A stretch of 64,000 nt of DNA. It comes from a virus. Below the pieces are notes generated by a model. That model saw only the letters and a list, made by a program, of their open reading frames with translations, did no database searches and was not told the origin of the DNA. Both the position numbers and the translations under genes were made by a program. Shown here in pieces: positions 19,368 through 31,400 of this stretch (position 1 is the stretch's first letter; each line of letters begins with the position of its first letter). The stretch covers positions 42,689 to 106,688 of IMG/VR virus record IMGVR_UViG_3300031715_000001. The stretch is one strand, 5' to 3'.

Positions 19368-21884
19368 TTAACAACCACTTGAGCTAATTAAGAGCCCAAA
19401 TGTGAAATTCATAGAGCAACTTCCATTAACTACTGTCTTGCTGGCTCCCGCACCACTCGGAGTCTGGTATCCGATGTTGGTGAAGAAACCATTCACGCCG
19501 TCCATGGTGGCTTTCACATTTCCTGATGCATCCGTGGCCGCGCATTGCCCGGCTCCGCTCAATCCACCTCGCGAGCCGGCATCGCACCACACCACTAGTT
19601 CGCCGCCAGCGCTATAGCCCGAAAACGAGTAAGGCGCCGTCGCGCTGCTCACCCAATTCCCATAGGCCGCTGTGTAGGTATTTCCGCGGTGATGGTCCGC
19701 GTTGTCGATCACGTTCGCCCCGCCGACCTGGAAGGCTCCCGAGGTGTTCGATACACTCACCGCTCCATTTCCCGTTACCCAAAAAGCGAAATTCGAGTTC
19801 GAGAATGTGAATAAGCCACCTGTGTTGTTGGCCGTCATCTGCAGGAACTGAACACTGTTCGCGGTCCCGATCTGCTGCGGCAACGTTAAAGCTACGGTTG
19901 ACCCGGAGGGTGTAACGGTGATCGCGTTCGGCTGCGCGCCATTTGTGATCGTCAGCGTACCGAGGTTGTTCCAGGCGGTCCCGTTGAAGACTTTTTCCTG
20001 AGCCGCGCCGTTATCCCAGTACATCGCCCCTGCGGCGAAGGTGTCGCCCGTGGTCAAGGTCGGAGTTCCCGAGGAATTTCCGGTCTGGATGTAATGAGCG
20101 GCGCTGAAGCTCAAGGCCGTCATTCCGGCGTCGACCGCTTGGACGGCATCGAACCGGGTATTGGTCCCGAAGGGAAGTACTTTGAATCCGTTGTCTGATT
20201 GCACGTAGCCGCCGGCTACCGTGATGGCTTGATTCGATCCCGTTCCGTGAACGGTCAGCGTATTGATGGAATTCTGCCAGGTCAGGTTGGCGCTACCACC
20301 GAAGATTCCGGCGTTGTTGTATTGCAGGTTCGTATCGGCGCCCGCCGGTGTTCCGCCCCCTCCGCCTCCCCCGGAAAGCGCTACCCAGGCCGTTCCGTTG
20401 TAGTATTTTTCGACACAAGGGCTTACGCTCGTATCGCAGAACATCATGCCCTGGTTCAAATTGTCGCCTGGAGTAATGGGCGCGGATCCGCCGCCCGATC
20501 CGGGAGGACCGCTCGAAAATCCGGTGGTGATGTAATTGGCGGCAGTGAAGCTCGATGCCTTCATTCCGGCGGGAGTGATGATGGAATCGTAGCGCGTGGC
20601 AAGACCGAAGGGAACTGCGAAACCCCAGTCGGAGGTTACTAGGCCGGTTTGGACCTCCAGGGCCGGGATACCGGGACCGCCGGCGTTCCCGACTACATGC
20701 AAAATCTGGTTGGTATTGTCCCACCAGAAATTGGCGCTTCCGGCGAAAGAGCCCGCGCTATTGAACTGAACGTTGGTTGTCGCGCCACCCGGCGAAGTAG
20801 CGCCGCCCGAGGCCAGATTCACCCAGGCTGAGCCGTTATAGAGTTTCTCCTGGCAGGGTGAGCTGCCGGTATCGCAATACATCGTTCCGGCGTGCGGAAA
20901 GCCAGGCTCGCTGCCCGTGGCTGGAGGCGCTCCGGACGAGGCCCCGGTTTCAATGTAGTTCAAAGCTGTGACGCTGGTTGCGAGCACCCCCGTGCCTATT
21001 GCGCTGATCGCGCTGTAGCCGGCGCTGGTTCCGTTCACCAGGAATCCGTAATCGGAGCTCACGGAGGCCTTTGAGACTACGAGGGACGCAGGCGCGAGGC
21101 CCAGGCCCGTAAAGGTCCCGGATATATGCACAACCTGATTGGTGTTGTCCCACCAGAAATTGGCGCTGCCCGCCAGCGCGCCCGCATTGTTGTACTGGAC
21201 GCTGGTCGTCGGGCCGCCGGGCGTCCCCCCTCCGCCGCCTCCACCTCCACCGCCCGGAGCGAATACAAGATTGCCCGCGCCATCGGAGGTCAGCGCGCCC
21301 GCCGCGTCCTGTTGCGGCAGCGTCCAGGCCAGATTCTGCGACATGCCCGGATTGGCCTTGAATATTGCGTAATTCGGGGTTGGATTTCCGTTGCCGACTT
21401 CGAGGGCCTGTCCGGCGATCACATTCGCGCCGGCCGTAAAATTTCCGCCCACGATTACCGGGCCACCTCCGCCTCCATTGCTGTTGCTGATGGTGGCTCC
21501 TGACAATGTCCAGTAATTCCCATTGCCCACTGGGGTTACCGAGGAACCGATCAGATTGTCCCCGCCCGCCCCCACGATGACGGCGCCGGTTGAAGTTGTG
21601 ACGACTAGCTTGTAAGGAACATTGGGAGTCAACCAGATCCCCGAAGGTGTGCGTCCTGATCCATCGAGGATGATGGGATTGGAATTGGCTAACGTTCCCG
21701 CTGAGGTGGTGAAGGTCCCTAATGGCGTGCCTGGACAACTTGAGCCTGCCGCACAGGTGTAAACTCTGCCGTTCGATAGTGGATTGCCGTTGTTATCAAA
21801 GAACTGCTGATTAGCCCAAGGAACAATAAGAGCTTGACCGCATAAATAAAACGGGAGTAAGAGAAGTAGAAGTAGTTTACGCAT
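19368..21884 (-). CDS. tail fibre/spike with virion-attachment N-terminal domain
   Basis: QQFFDNNGNPLSNGRVYT.AAG...NPIILDGSGR motif typical of podovirus fibre attachment domains; three repeats of PGG.TT.VQYNNAG.FAGSANF.W; signal peptide MRKLLLLLLLPFYLCGQ. Confidence 0.8.
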   Translation of the reverse strand: MRKLLLLLLLPFYLCGQALIVPWANQQFFDNNGNPLSNGRVYTCAAGSSCPGTPLGTFTTSAGTLANSNPIILDGSGRTPSGIWLTPNVPYKLVVTTSTGAVIVGAGGDNLIGSSVTPVGNGNYWTLSGATISNSNGGGGGPVIVGGNFTAGANVIAGQALEVGNGNPTPNYAIFKANPGMSQNLAWTLPQQDAAGALTSDGAGNLVFAPGGGGGGGGGGTPGGPTTSVQYNNAGALAGSANFWWDNTNQVVHISGTFTGLGLAPASLVVSKASVSSDYGFLVNGTSAGYSAISAIGTGVLATSVTALNYIETGASSGAPPATGSEPGFPHAGTMYCDTGSSPCQEKLYNGSAWVNLASGGATSPGGATTNVQFNSAGSFAGSANFWWDNTNQILHVVGNAGGPGIPALEVQTGLVTSDWGFAVPFGLATRYDSIITPAGMKASSFTAANYITTGFSSGPPGSGGGSAPITPGDNLNQGMMFCDTSVSPCVEKYYNGTAWVALSGGGGGGGTPAGADTNLQYNNAGIFGGSANLTWQNSINTLTVHGTGSNQAITVAGGYVQSDNGFKVLPFGTNTRFDAVQAVDAGMTALSFSAAHYIQTGNSSGTPTLTTGDTFAAGAMYWDNGAAQEKVFNGTAWNNLGTLTITNGAQPNAITVTPSGSTVALTLPQQIGTANSVQFLQMTANNTGGLFTFSNSNFAFWVTGNGAVSVSNTSGAFQVGGANVIDNADHHRGNTYTAAYGNWVSSATAPYSFSGYSAGGELVVWCDAGSRGGLSGAGQCAATDASGNVKATMDGVNGFFTNIGYQTPSGAGASKTVVNGSCSMNFTFGLLISSSGC

Positions 21885-21952
21885 GGATTTTCTTTTTGGG
21901 TCGACGCTCTTCAGATCTGTCGTGGTAAATTCGGTTTGAGGACGTTCGCGCT

Positions 21953-22435
21953 ATGAATGATTTCGCCCGTTCGATCAAAGAGCCGATCCGTTTCTTTTTG
22001 CGATCGGGCCCCGATTCCTGGTTAGCGGCGCTGCTGGCGCATGCCCAGGACGGCAAGCTGGGGTTCTACAGTTGCTGTTGTTTCGTCGGAAGCCGCACTG
22101 CGACGCATGCGCTCCGACCGGCTTATGGGACCAACAACGCCTTTGTAGAGTCTCTCCATTGTGAGTGGCGGTGGTCTTCCCCACACCATTGGCTGCCTAG
22201 TATCGCTGGCTCCGCTGACCATCTAAAGGAGGCTCGTAAGCAGCCTGGAGGAACGGAAGCTGAAATTGCCTTCAGAGATCTTGGTCTTCGCTATGGAGTG
22301 AACGACGATGCACTTCGCCGGCGCGTCGTGATTCCCATGATCAAGGCCGAAATGCGGAGACGCGAGAGAGCAAGCGAATCCCCAACGCACGCGGGCTCCA
22401 GGAGCGTGCGAAACGAGCCAGTATTGACCTGTTAA
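21953..22435 (+). CDS. antisense moron / cassette B cargo, hypothetical protein
   Basis: 160-aa ORF with GAGG RBS filling the gap between two minus-strand virion genes; runs through a hairpin element at its 3' end. Confidence 0.65.
   Translation: MNDFARSIKEPIRFFLRSGPDSWLAALLAHAQDGKLGFYSCCCFVGSRTATHALRPAYGTNNAFVESLHCEWRWSSPHHWLPSIAGSADHLKEARKQPGGTEAEIAFRDLGLRYGVNDDALRRRVVIPMIKAEMRRRERASESPTHAGSRSVRNEPVLTC
22377..22415 (-). repeat. hairpin element (TTGGGGATT type), right end of cassette B
   Basis: AATCCCCAA-cgcacgc-gggctccagga-gcgtgcg-AAACG. Confidence 0.8.
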
Positions 22436-22469
22436 ATACCCGTACTGGGGACCGTTCCACGTGCAACGT

Positions 22470-25400
22470 TTACCGTGAACTGGCCGTGGCGGCGCGCTGT
22501 TGCTGCAGCACATGTTCCGCCGCGAAAGGATTGGTGGAGTTTCCAATTAGTCCGGTGCCGACGATGCTCATATTCAGTACATTGTTGAGCACAGCGGTGG
22601 CGTTTATCTTGACCGGTCCTACTTTGACGCGAGCCGCTTCCTGTTCCCGCTTTTCGTTGCCTTGAAGTCCCGCTATGTCACCAATTGAATTCGCGAACGC
22701 GTTCAGTTGCGCCGCCGCCGCTAGGGCGGTTCTCCAAGTAGTAGGCCAGCCAGCCGGAGTCTTATCCGGTATAGCCGACATCAGTTCAGGCGCTAGTTTC
22801 CCGCTGCGATCGCGGAAGCCGGTGAGGTACGGCTCTTTGGATAATGTGGCGGTCACAGCCGCTCGCGGTAGCGGGCCAAGTACCGGATGGCTGAAGGTGT
22901 TCACAATGTCGCGCATCCCAGCCTCGCGCGCCTGCCCGCCCGTCCCGCGCTCCATGAGCGTCTGGTAAGCCCCCGGGACTCCAAGCGCCATCGCTCCGCG
23001 ACGGATCAATGGATTGAAGGCGTAGACGTTTACGTAACCAACTTCTGGCCCCTTCCCCCAGAGCGTGTTCCCGAGTGTGCTGTGCCGGAACTTGTCGATT
23101 CGCCCCGCACCGCTTCCCACGGGAATGGACAGGAACTTCGAGCGCTTATCCTCCCAGGGATATTTGCCTGTGAGTTCCTTGCTCAACAGGAACCAGACTC
23201 CCAGCGTTCCGAGGATTCCAGCGGTGAGAGCGTGCCAGAGCCGCAACTGCGCTTTGTTCTTCGGAACCCACGGAGCTTTTCCTTCTCCGGGCGTAATCGT
23301 CGGACCGGAACTGAACATGGCGTTCACACCGTTGCGGATCATCGTAGACCCGGCGGTGTAGAAGGGTGAAAACGGGAATGCTTTGACGTGCTTCTCGAGA
23401 TCCGACCAAAGGGCCGGTGTGTAATTTCCAAGTTGATTTACGAACTCGTTCAACTCTTGGGGCGACACATTGGGATTGATTGCCTTGGCGACTCTCCACA
23501 TGATGTAGCGGGCGCGCGCGTCAATCCCTTTGGGACCGTAGAGCATCGGAGACAGCGAGTATCGGACCAGCTTCGCTCCGGTCAGCTTCGCGAGTTCCTT
23601 ACTGTACGTTACCGAAGCATACCGGGTCGGAAGAGCGCCGGCGTCGGCCATTTCCTGAAAGGCTTGGACCGCCTCTTCTTTTGTGGGGTCCGTTGTGGCC
23701 AGCATTCCGAGCGCCTGGAATTTCTTGGTCAAGATATTCGAAGATGCGAGCATGCCTCCGAGCGACGAAGAGAGGAACGGAGTATTCGCAATGAGTGCGC
23801 CCACGAGATTGGCGGAGTGGAAAGTCATGTCCGCCGGGCCCTGCAACGCGAAGGTATTGACCATCTGTAGCGCCCTGTGAATAGCACCGGGCTCTGGTCT
23901 TGAGTCTTTATCGACCACGTCCTTGATTTCGTCGTAGAACCATTTCGGCATGTAAGCTTGAACGGCTTGGGTGTAGAAAGACTTTTCTCCCTGCTTGATG
24001 ACCATTCGCGGAGGCGTGACGGTAACCTTCTTGGTGGGATATTCCTTGCCGCGCCACAGGAATGTATCGGTATCGACCGAACTGGACCTGGGTACTTTCT
24101 TCATGAGGCCCGCGTCATAAGCCGCTTGAATTACGGACGCCCTTCCGCCTTGTGATAAGTCTCTTGCGAGAGCTTGACGAAAGCGCTCGATGTCGACGAC
24201 ATAGCCTTTTTTCGAAAGTCCGGTCGCCATGACGTTCCGCGAGTTACCGGGTTTCTTGAAGCCCAGCTTTTCAAAAAAGGTCGGTTTGCCTTCTTCGGCC
24301 GCGAGTAATGGAAAATAGCGTCCCGCTGGTCCTAGAGCGGTGGTAAAGACGCCTTCGTTCAAGGCGTGATTCTGCGCGATGGGGTGCTCGATGCGCTCGC
24401 CGTAGATCCGGTCGGCTTCTTTCACCTTCGGATTGGTTTTGATCTGATCGCGGATGTGATCGAAGTGATCGGTATCCATGGCGGGACGGACGTTGTTGGC
24501 AGCGGTCTCAAAGAGCGGCCAGAGGTAATTCCGAAGGTCTTCCCAGCGTTTCTGCTCGACCAGGGCACTGGCTATTTGCGCGGGGTTTTCCGGCATTCCG
24601 GCTCTACCCTGTAGATTGTCGAGCATATCCACGAAGTCTTGCGACATCGAGCCTTCTTCGCCGCCGCCCGAGAAATCCTTTTCCATCTGCTCGTCCGTCA
24701 GTTTTTGCGCTTGATTGGCGAAGTCCTGCCAGCGGTCCCGGATTCCCTGGAGGCGTGAGTCGACGTAATAGAGAAACAGCGATTCCACCGGGACTCCGGT
24801 GCCTTCGAGAGCTTTGCGCATCAGCGGTAAAGATGCTCTGATGATGGCCGCCGAGCGAGCTTCAGGCGATGCTCCGCGCAGCATGGCTTCGTGGACGGGA
24901 GGCGATGCACGCTTGGTTTGACCGAGACCGCGGATTAGCGAGGATTCGACCGCGCCTCGGACGCTGTAGTTCCCTCCGCGTGCTCCTTCGTAACCGGTTT
25001 GGATGAGGTCCCCCAAGGCCGGGGCCGATCCACGTTCCCCACGCTTGCCGGGGACTACATCCCGTGTTTTTCGGGGTCGTACTTCTCGGTCGGTTGTGGT
25101 GGGGGATTCGTCAGGACCTGGGCGTGGCTGCTCGTCAGAAAACGAACTCTCTTCAGGGCGGTAGGCGGATATATCTGGTCCAGAGCTTCCTGAAGGCCCT
25201 TCTCCCCGTTCCGTTGCAGGCCCACCAGGCAATTCTTGAGATTCGCTTGGGGCTCGTTCAGGGCCGAAGGCGGAGAAGACTTCGCGGGCGATTCGTCCTG
25301 GAGCTTTAGATCCATATTCTCTCCTCAATGTTCGCACGTATTGCGCCGCAAGGGAACGCGCGTCTGGTACCGACAGGCCCAGTTCCTGGTAGCCCTGTGG

Positions 25401-28400
25401 GCGCATTAAACGCACGGCCACTTCCGTAGCTTGTTCTGGTGAGTCAGGAGCGAGATCGCTGTACGTTCTAGAAAGATGAAGCGCAGCCTTCTCGTAAACC
25501 GGACTGCCGGTAAAACGAGAAAGAGATTCTCCGAAATGCTTGGTCGCCGTTCCCTGAAGGGTCGCCTGGAGCGCGTGGTGTAATTCTTCCGTGAAGGCAG
25601 TATCGCGATGCTGATCCATTGCCGGAGAATCCGAGACAAGGATAAAAGACTTTCCAGCCGGTCCCGCCGAATCGAGCATCTCACGAAGACGGCGCACTGG
25701 CTCGGGCGCGTTGTGAGGGAAAAGGCGTCCGAGGTTACGGGAGAGAACGAACGTATCGCGTGGTGAGATATGAAGCGCGGCGTGAGTAAAAGGGATCGAG
25801 TCCTGTGTTTTATTCCCGGCGCGGGCGACCAATTCCATGGCACTCTGGTTTCCGAGATAGGCGACGGCAAGGTCGTGATATTGCGGCCCGATGGGTATTG
25901 GTTCGATGACGGCTCTGCGGGCGTGGAATCCGTTCGGTGCCTCGCTTATGTATTGGGCGTTTCGCACGTCCTCGGGAAGATGCGGAATGCGGGAACCCTC
26001 TATGCTGACTGGTTCAGAAGCAAGCGCAGTCAGCGACCTCAGTTTCTCTGGTACAGCGTCGTTCCTGATCGGCATGACGAGGCCAACAAGCTTGCTTCCC
26101 TTGTGAGCCTGAAATGCCTCGTTGGTCGCGATCGCGGTCCACTTATCCGGCTTGTGCGCCTTATTGAGGTAATCGAAGTACCCTGAATCCATCACGCCGC
26201 CGTTCGAGAAGACGACGTATTCGTGAGCGCCTTGTTTGTAGAAGCCAACCGGAGTGACTGTTTTGCCGCCCTTGTTTGGGATGACCTTCGAAATATCAGG
26301 CCCTTTTCTCTCTACCTCCGACGGCGTCCAATATTTCGGCGGTGCTCCCTCGACCAGAATGTGTCCGTTCGTGTGCCACACGCCGCCCTTGAATGGAATT
26401 GGCCCGTTGAATCCAAACCTACTATCACCCGGATCTTCAATCTTTCCAGACCCAGGTTTGTACTCTGACATGGGCAGTCCAGCTTCGGCTTTAGCAAAAG
26501 GACTTGGCTCGCCCTTCAAGAACGCTTCCGCAACGGCGCGGGCTTCGGCCTTTGGATACCCAGCGCCAACGATCTCAGTTTCCTGTCTGCCGTATTTATT
26601 CGCTTCGCCGGGAGGTGTGTCGTAGTATTTCCGCTCAACATCCCAACCGTCTGAAATGTTGCGCGACTGCCGGAGGTCTACGCGCTCGCCAGTCGGCTTA
26701 CCTTCGGCGTCCACGCCGTAAGCGGTGAACACTTTTCTTCCGTTTTCCGCTTTCTCTTTTCCGAAAGTAACGGTTGAAGCTTTAACCTCGATGGGCGGAC
26801 CCTTCTTCTTGGCCTCGGGAACCTTTTGTTTCTGTTTTGCCAGTGCATCATTCCGACGGATGTGTCCGTCACGAATGACTTGATCGGCATATTCGTAGTT
26901 GGACGGAGTCTGCAGGTTTGCGCTGGCGCGGTATTCTTCCGCCTCTTCGAGGAGATTCCCGTATTCCTGAGACGCTGGTTTCCCGCGCTTCAGCCGCTCC
27001 TCCAGCGATTCGATCCAGGTACGCACGAGTCCTGGGGAAGCTGCTGTTCCTGGTACCTCATCAGGCTTTGGAGCAGCGGCCATCGCTTGCTGCTCCTTTT
27101 TCTGCACCGACGGAGCGGCACGCTCTGGCATCTTCGGCTGCTCTGGCGCGGGCGCTCCTTCCAATGCGCTTGGGCTCTTGGGGGCGAGATAATCTGTTGG
27201 TTGCGTGACTGATGCCCGCGACACGATCCTTGAGCCTTTGTCTGGTGGCGTAGAATGCGTCCTTGGCTGCTCACCCGCGATCGGACTACCATCCTCGTTG
27301 ACGCGCTGCTCGGTTAGTGTCCAACCGCCGCCCGGTTTCTCGTCGTACGCTAGGACCTTGTCGTACGTGTGCCAGTAGCCGCTAAAGATTACGTTGCCGG
27401 GCGTGTAGAACTCACGACGGCGAGCGATCAACGGAGGAACCGGCTTGGACTTCTTCGCTGTGGCCTTTGTTGGCTTCTCCCTAGTTGTTGTTATAGGCTG
27501 CTGCCGCATCGCGGATATATTCAGCGGCGTCCATGCGGAAGGTACCAGGGTACGACCATTACCATGTATCGCGCCCCATAGCCACGTCTTTCCGTTCGGC
27601 TCGCGGGTCAGGAAGGATTGGCTCTTGGACGGACCTTCGACTTCGAGTCCTAATTCTTTGGCCTTCGCTACGAAAGCGTCATTGGCCGCGTGCCGCAAAT
27701 CTTCGACTTGATCGTTCGTAAGACCGGACGCGCTCTTTACAGTTTTGGCACTTTCACCTTTGGCGCGCTCAGTTTCGGTACCTTCGCCGGCGGGAGCACT
27801 TGTTGGACCCTCGGTACCGCGCTCTGAAATGCTGGATGTAGAGGCTCTGGGACTGGATGGGCCAGGTTGGGCACCTTTGGATCCGCCAGCTTCGGAGGTT
27901 TCACTAGGCGTGGCTTCGGTAGGCGGATGCGCAGGACGTTGGGGGACGACTTCGGTTGGCTTGGATTCATTCTTCTCACCAGTTTTAGACTTTTGTGGTT
28001 CTTGCTGCCGCCCTGGAGTTGCGGCAGCGCTGGATGCTTGTGCTCCGAGTGGGATGTCCGTTCGTTCGCCCGTCTTCGGCATGAAATGAACTCGGTCAAA
28101 TTCGATTTGCTTGCCAGTCAGGCCCGGTACCGCGCGGCCGGCGTACTTCTTTCCTTCGCCCGCTTTCACATAGGCGATGGTCACGTGGGGCTTGTACTCC
28201 GGGAATTCGTTGCCGTTGGGGAGCTTGGAGAGTTTCTTATTCAGTCGCTTCAAACCCTCCGAGTCGACGGCGAGTTTGAGCACATCGTAATCGGGATGCT
28301 GTTTCGACGCAGGGAAGATCGAGATGCGACCAATGTTAGCTTTGATCGGTCCTTGGTCCGCGATGAGCTTTTGCACGTCAGCGGGTTCATTGGTATGCAA

Positions 28401-31400
28401 TCCGTAGAAGACGGTGATGTGAGGTTCGGTTTCACGTCCATCCTCGGCGAGATCGGAATCGGGAATCTTCGCGGCGGCTTTGCGGAAGGCGTCGGCGAAT
28501 TGCTGTGGCAGATTGACCTGAGTAGAAGAATAATCGTGTGCCTTCTTTTCCGTTGGAGCGTTTTGCTGCCCAACTGAGGCTTGGGCAGCGGCGCGCGCTT
28601 CCGTCGCTTTATCTGCCCCCTCCTGTCCGAAGGCATCAACAATCTCGTTCAAGGTTGCCGCCGCCATTTGGCGCGCATTCGCTAGCGAGGCTTCGAGTTC
28701 CTTCTTCCGCTTCGGCGTGAGCTTCGGATTTCGGAGGGCTTCCTCTAAATTGCGCGCTGCGTTTGCGTGCCCGACGTATTGGTCGCGGGCTCCCTCGAAT
28801 AGCGCCTCGGGCGGATTCTCTTCGCCTTCATAGCGGGAGCCTTCCCGGACTTTCAGCGGTTCGGCAGCCGGCGGTTTCGCCGCAGCAGTGGGCTCTGGCT
28901 GGAGTTTCTTAATCCAGTCGATCATCGCCTGTTGACGTTTGGCAGTTTTCTCGGGAACATCCGACGGAAGTTTTGCCGTCAGCGCATTCTGCGGGCGTGT
29001 TGCACTTTTCAGAAATTCCTGAATCGCTTCCTCGCGTGTTGGATAGAACTTATCGAATCCCGAAGTTCCGAGGTGTCCGCCAGCTTGTCCCTGTAAATTG
29101 AAATTGCCCGCGACTTGCCATCCCTTTCCAGGATGATTGCCAATATGTACATCAATCTTGTCGTTGCCCTTCGAGCGATATTGAAGTTTCTCGACTTGCG
29201 GCTCGGGGCCTGCCGCGGGAAGGGAAGAAGGAGTTTCAGAGGTAGCTGCGGGCTTCAGTAATTCGCGAGGCTTCGAACCATCCGCTGGTCCGATGATTCC
29301 TTCCTTCTCCATCCGATCAAGCATGCGGGCGGCTTGACCGTAGCCCATTCGCAACTTTCGTTGCAGGATAGACGGTGAGGCTTTTCCAGCCTCGCGGACG
29401 ACTTGAAGCGCTTCGGGATAACGAGCCTCTTCCGCTTCTGGAAGAGTGGGTGCCGGGAGAGAAACCTCTTTCGGAAGAGGTGTCGCTTCCGGCTGCGCCT
29501 TCACACTCTTCGGTGGATTAAAACTAGTTGCTGCATGTTCAGTTAAGTACACTCCTGGTTCTGCATCATCAGATACTTTCTGTAATCCTTTATCTGTTGA
29601 TTTGAATAATTGTCCTGTTGCGGACCAATAAGGCTTCTTAGCCATCTCAGCATGGTCAAATTGGAAATCAGAGGGTGATCCGGCTTTCTTCCAGGCATCG
29701 ACGATCTGCAGGCCTCCGCCGGTCAAGACGACTAACGCACGGCCTTGGGGCGGAAGATTCTTTTCGACCTGGTCGAAATTCTGTAGCGTCGGCAATTTGA
29801 ATTGGTTGAAGCTTTGCCCCGGTTCACCGGAGATAGGACTTACGCCTTCCGGTTTCGAATCCGGATTGAGCATGAGCGAGGAGACTTTGTCTGCGACCTG
29901 GTCAACTGGTTTACCTTCATCCTCACCGCGGGCCCAGCCGTCGAAGGCCGGAACTTGGGTGGGCGAGTCCGAGAAGTTCTTGGCCGTATCGACTAATCGA
30001 TCGTCGGTACCGGTAATGACCTGATCGAAGGGCTTCGATAATTTGGAGGCTAATTCTGAGGCTTGTTGTTCTCCTTGAGAAGACAGGGGAATATCGGCTG
30101 ATCCGGTGACTCTACGAACTGATCCTGCAGTATCCGCGCCTTGAGCGGGGGGAGGAGGTTCAGGTTGAGCACTGCCAGGTCCGCCTCCGGTCTCCACAGG
30201 AAGTCCACGTAGACCTGCGGGGCGTTGATCCTCAACTGGCGGTTGGACACTACCTGGCTGACTTTCAGGAACAGCTCCGGACTGTTGCAGTTCCTGATCT
30301 CGACCGTTACTAGGTGATACATTGGTTGCCTTTGCGGCCAGTTTGGTGAACAAAGAGAGCGGCAACCGCTGGCCGGGGACCACGCTTCCATCAGGTAGTT
30401 TCTGGTCGAATTGAACGCCCGTGTTATCGGATTTGGTGACAGTGTAGGTCCCTGAAGGGAGTTCGAAGCTGGAGCCAGGACTCAGCGCGGACGGTGCTGG
30501 AGACGTTGCCGCGGCGGGAGTTTTGAGAAAGTCTTCGGGCGCGACGGAGAGATCTGGAGCAGCTCCGCCGGCGGGTTGAACGGGCGGGACGCCAGGCGGG
30601 GGAATTTCGCCTGCAGGCGGAGTAGGCGGCGCTTCAGGTGCGGGGCCCGCGATTTGCTTCGGTGCCATGGCAGCGCGTTCTTGGGCCTGACGCTCCGCGT
30701 ATTCGCGGTTGACCTTGTTCTGGAGGAAGTCCTTTAGCGCGGCGCGAAACTGCGCGTTTCGGATCATGCCCGGTATGCCGGTGATAACCCCGCCTCCGGC
30801 CGCTCCGACGAGACCGGCTAAAGTTGAGGCTACTTCGTCGTATTCCTCGGGTACGTCCAGTTTCTTGAGCAGTGCATGGGTGGCTTCGGTCGAAGCCGTC
30901 CCCAGACCGAGGGCGATAGCAGCCTCTACGGGCGCGATAACTCCTTCACCGACCATCGCGGGTGTGCCGGCTTTCATCGCTCCACCCAAGACGTTCCCCA
31001 CCCCTCCTGCAAATTGCCGGGTGAGTTGTTCCTGCTCCGATGGGCTGACGGGCGGCGGTTGCGCTGGCACGATGGAGCTTGGGCCAGCGACGATAGGCGC
31101 TCTCCTTGAAAGCGGCTCTGCCATCTGTTCGGCGCCGCGAGCGATTTGCTCTACTCCCTGTACTGGGGCGTCTAAAACTCCGAGCGGGCCGGTGCCGGTG
31201 TCATCGCCGTAGTAGCGTGCTCCGGTTCGCGGGTTGATGAACAAAGGCGCATTGTTCGCTATTGCTCGTGCCTTGGCGTCCGCGGGCGTCTGCAGCTCGC
31301 CAGGGGCAGGCGGAGTGGGAAGTGCTGGTACTGACCCCGGCTCAGGTTGTGCGGTGGTGAGCCCCGGTGGAACCGTGAGTGGAGTAGTGGGTGGTATGGC

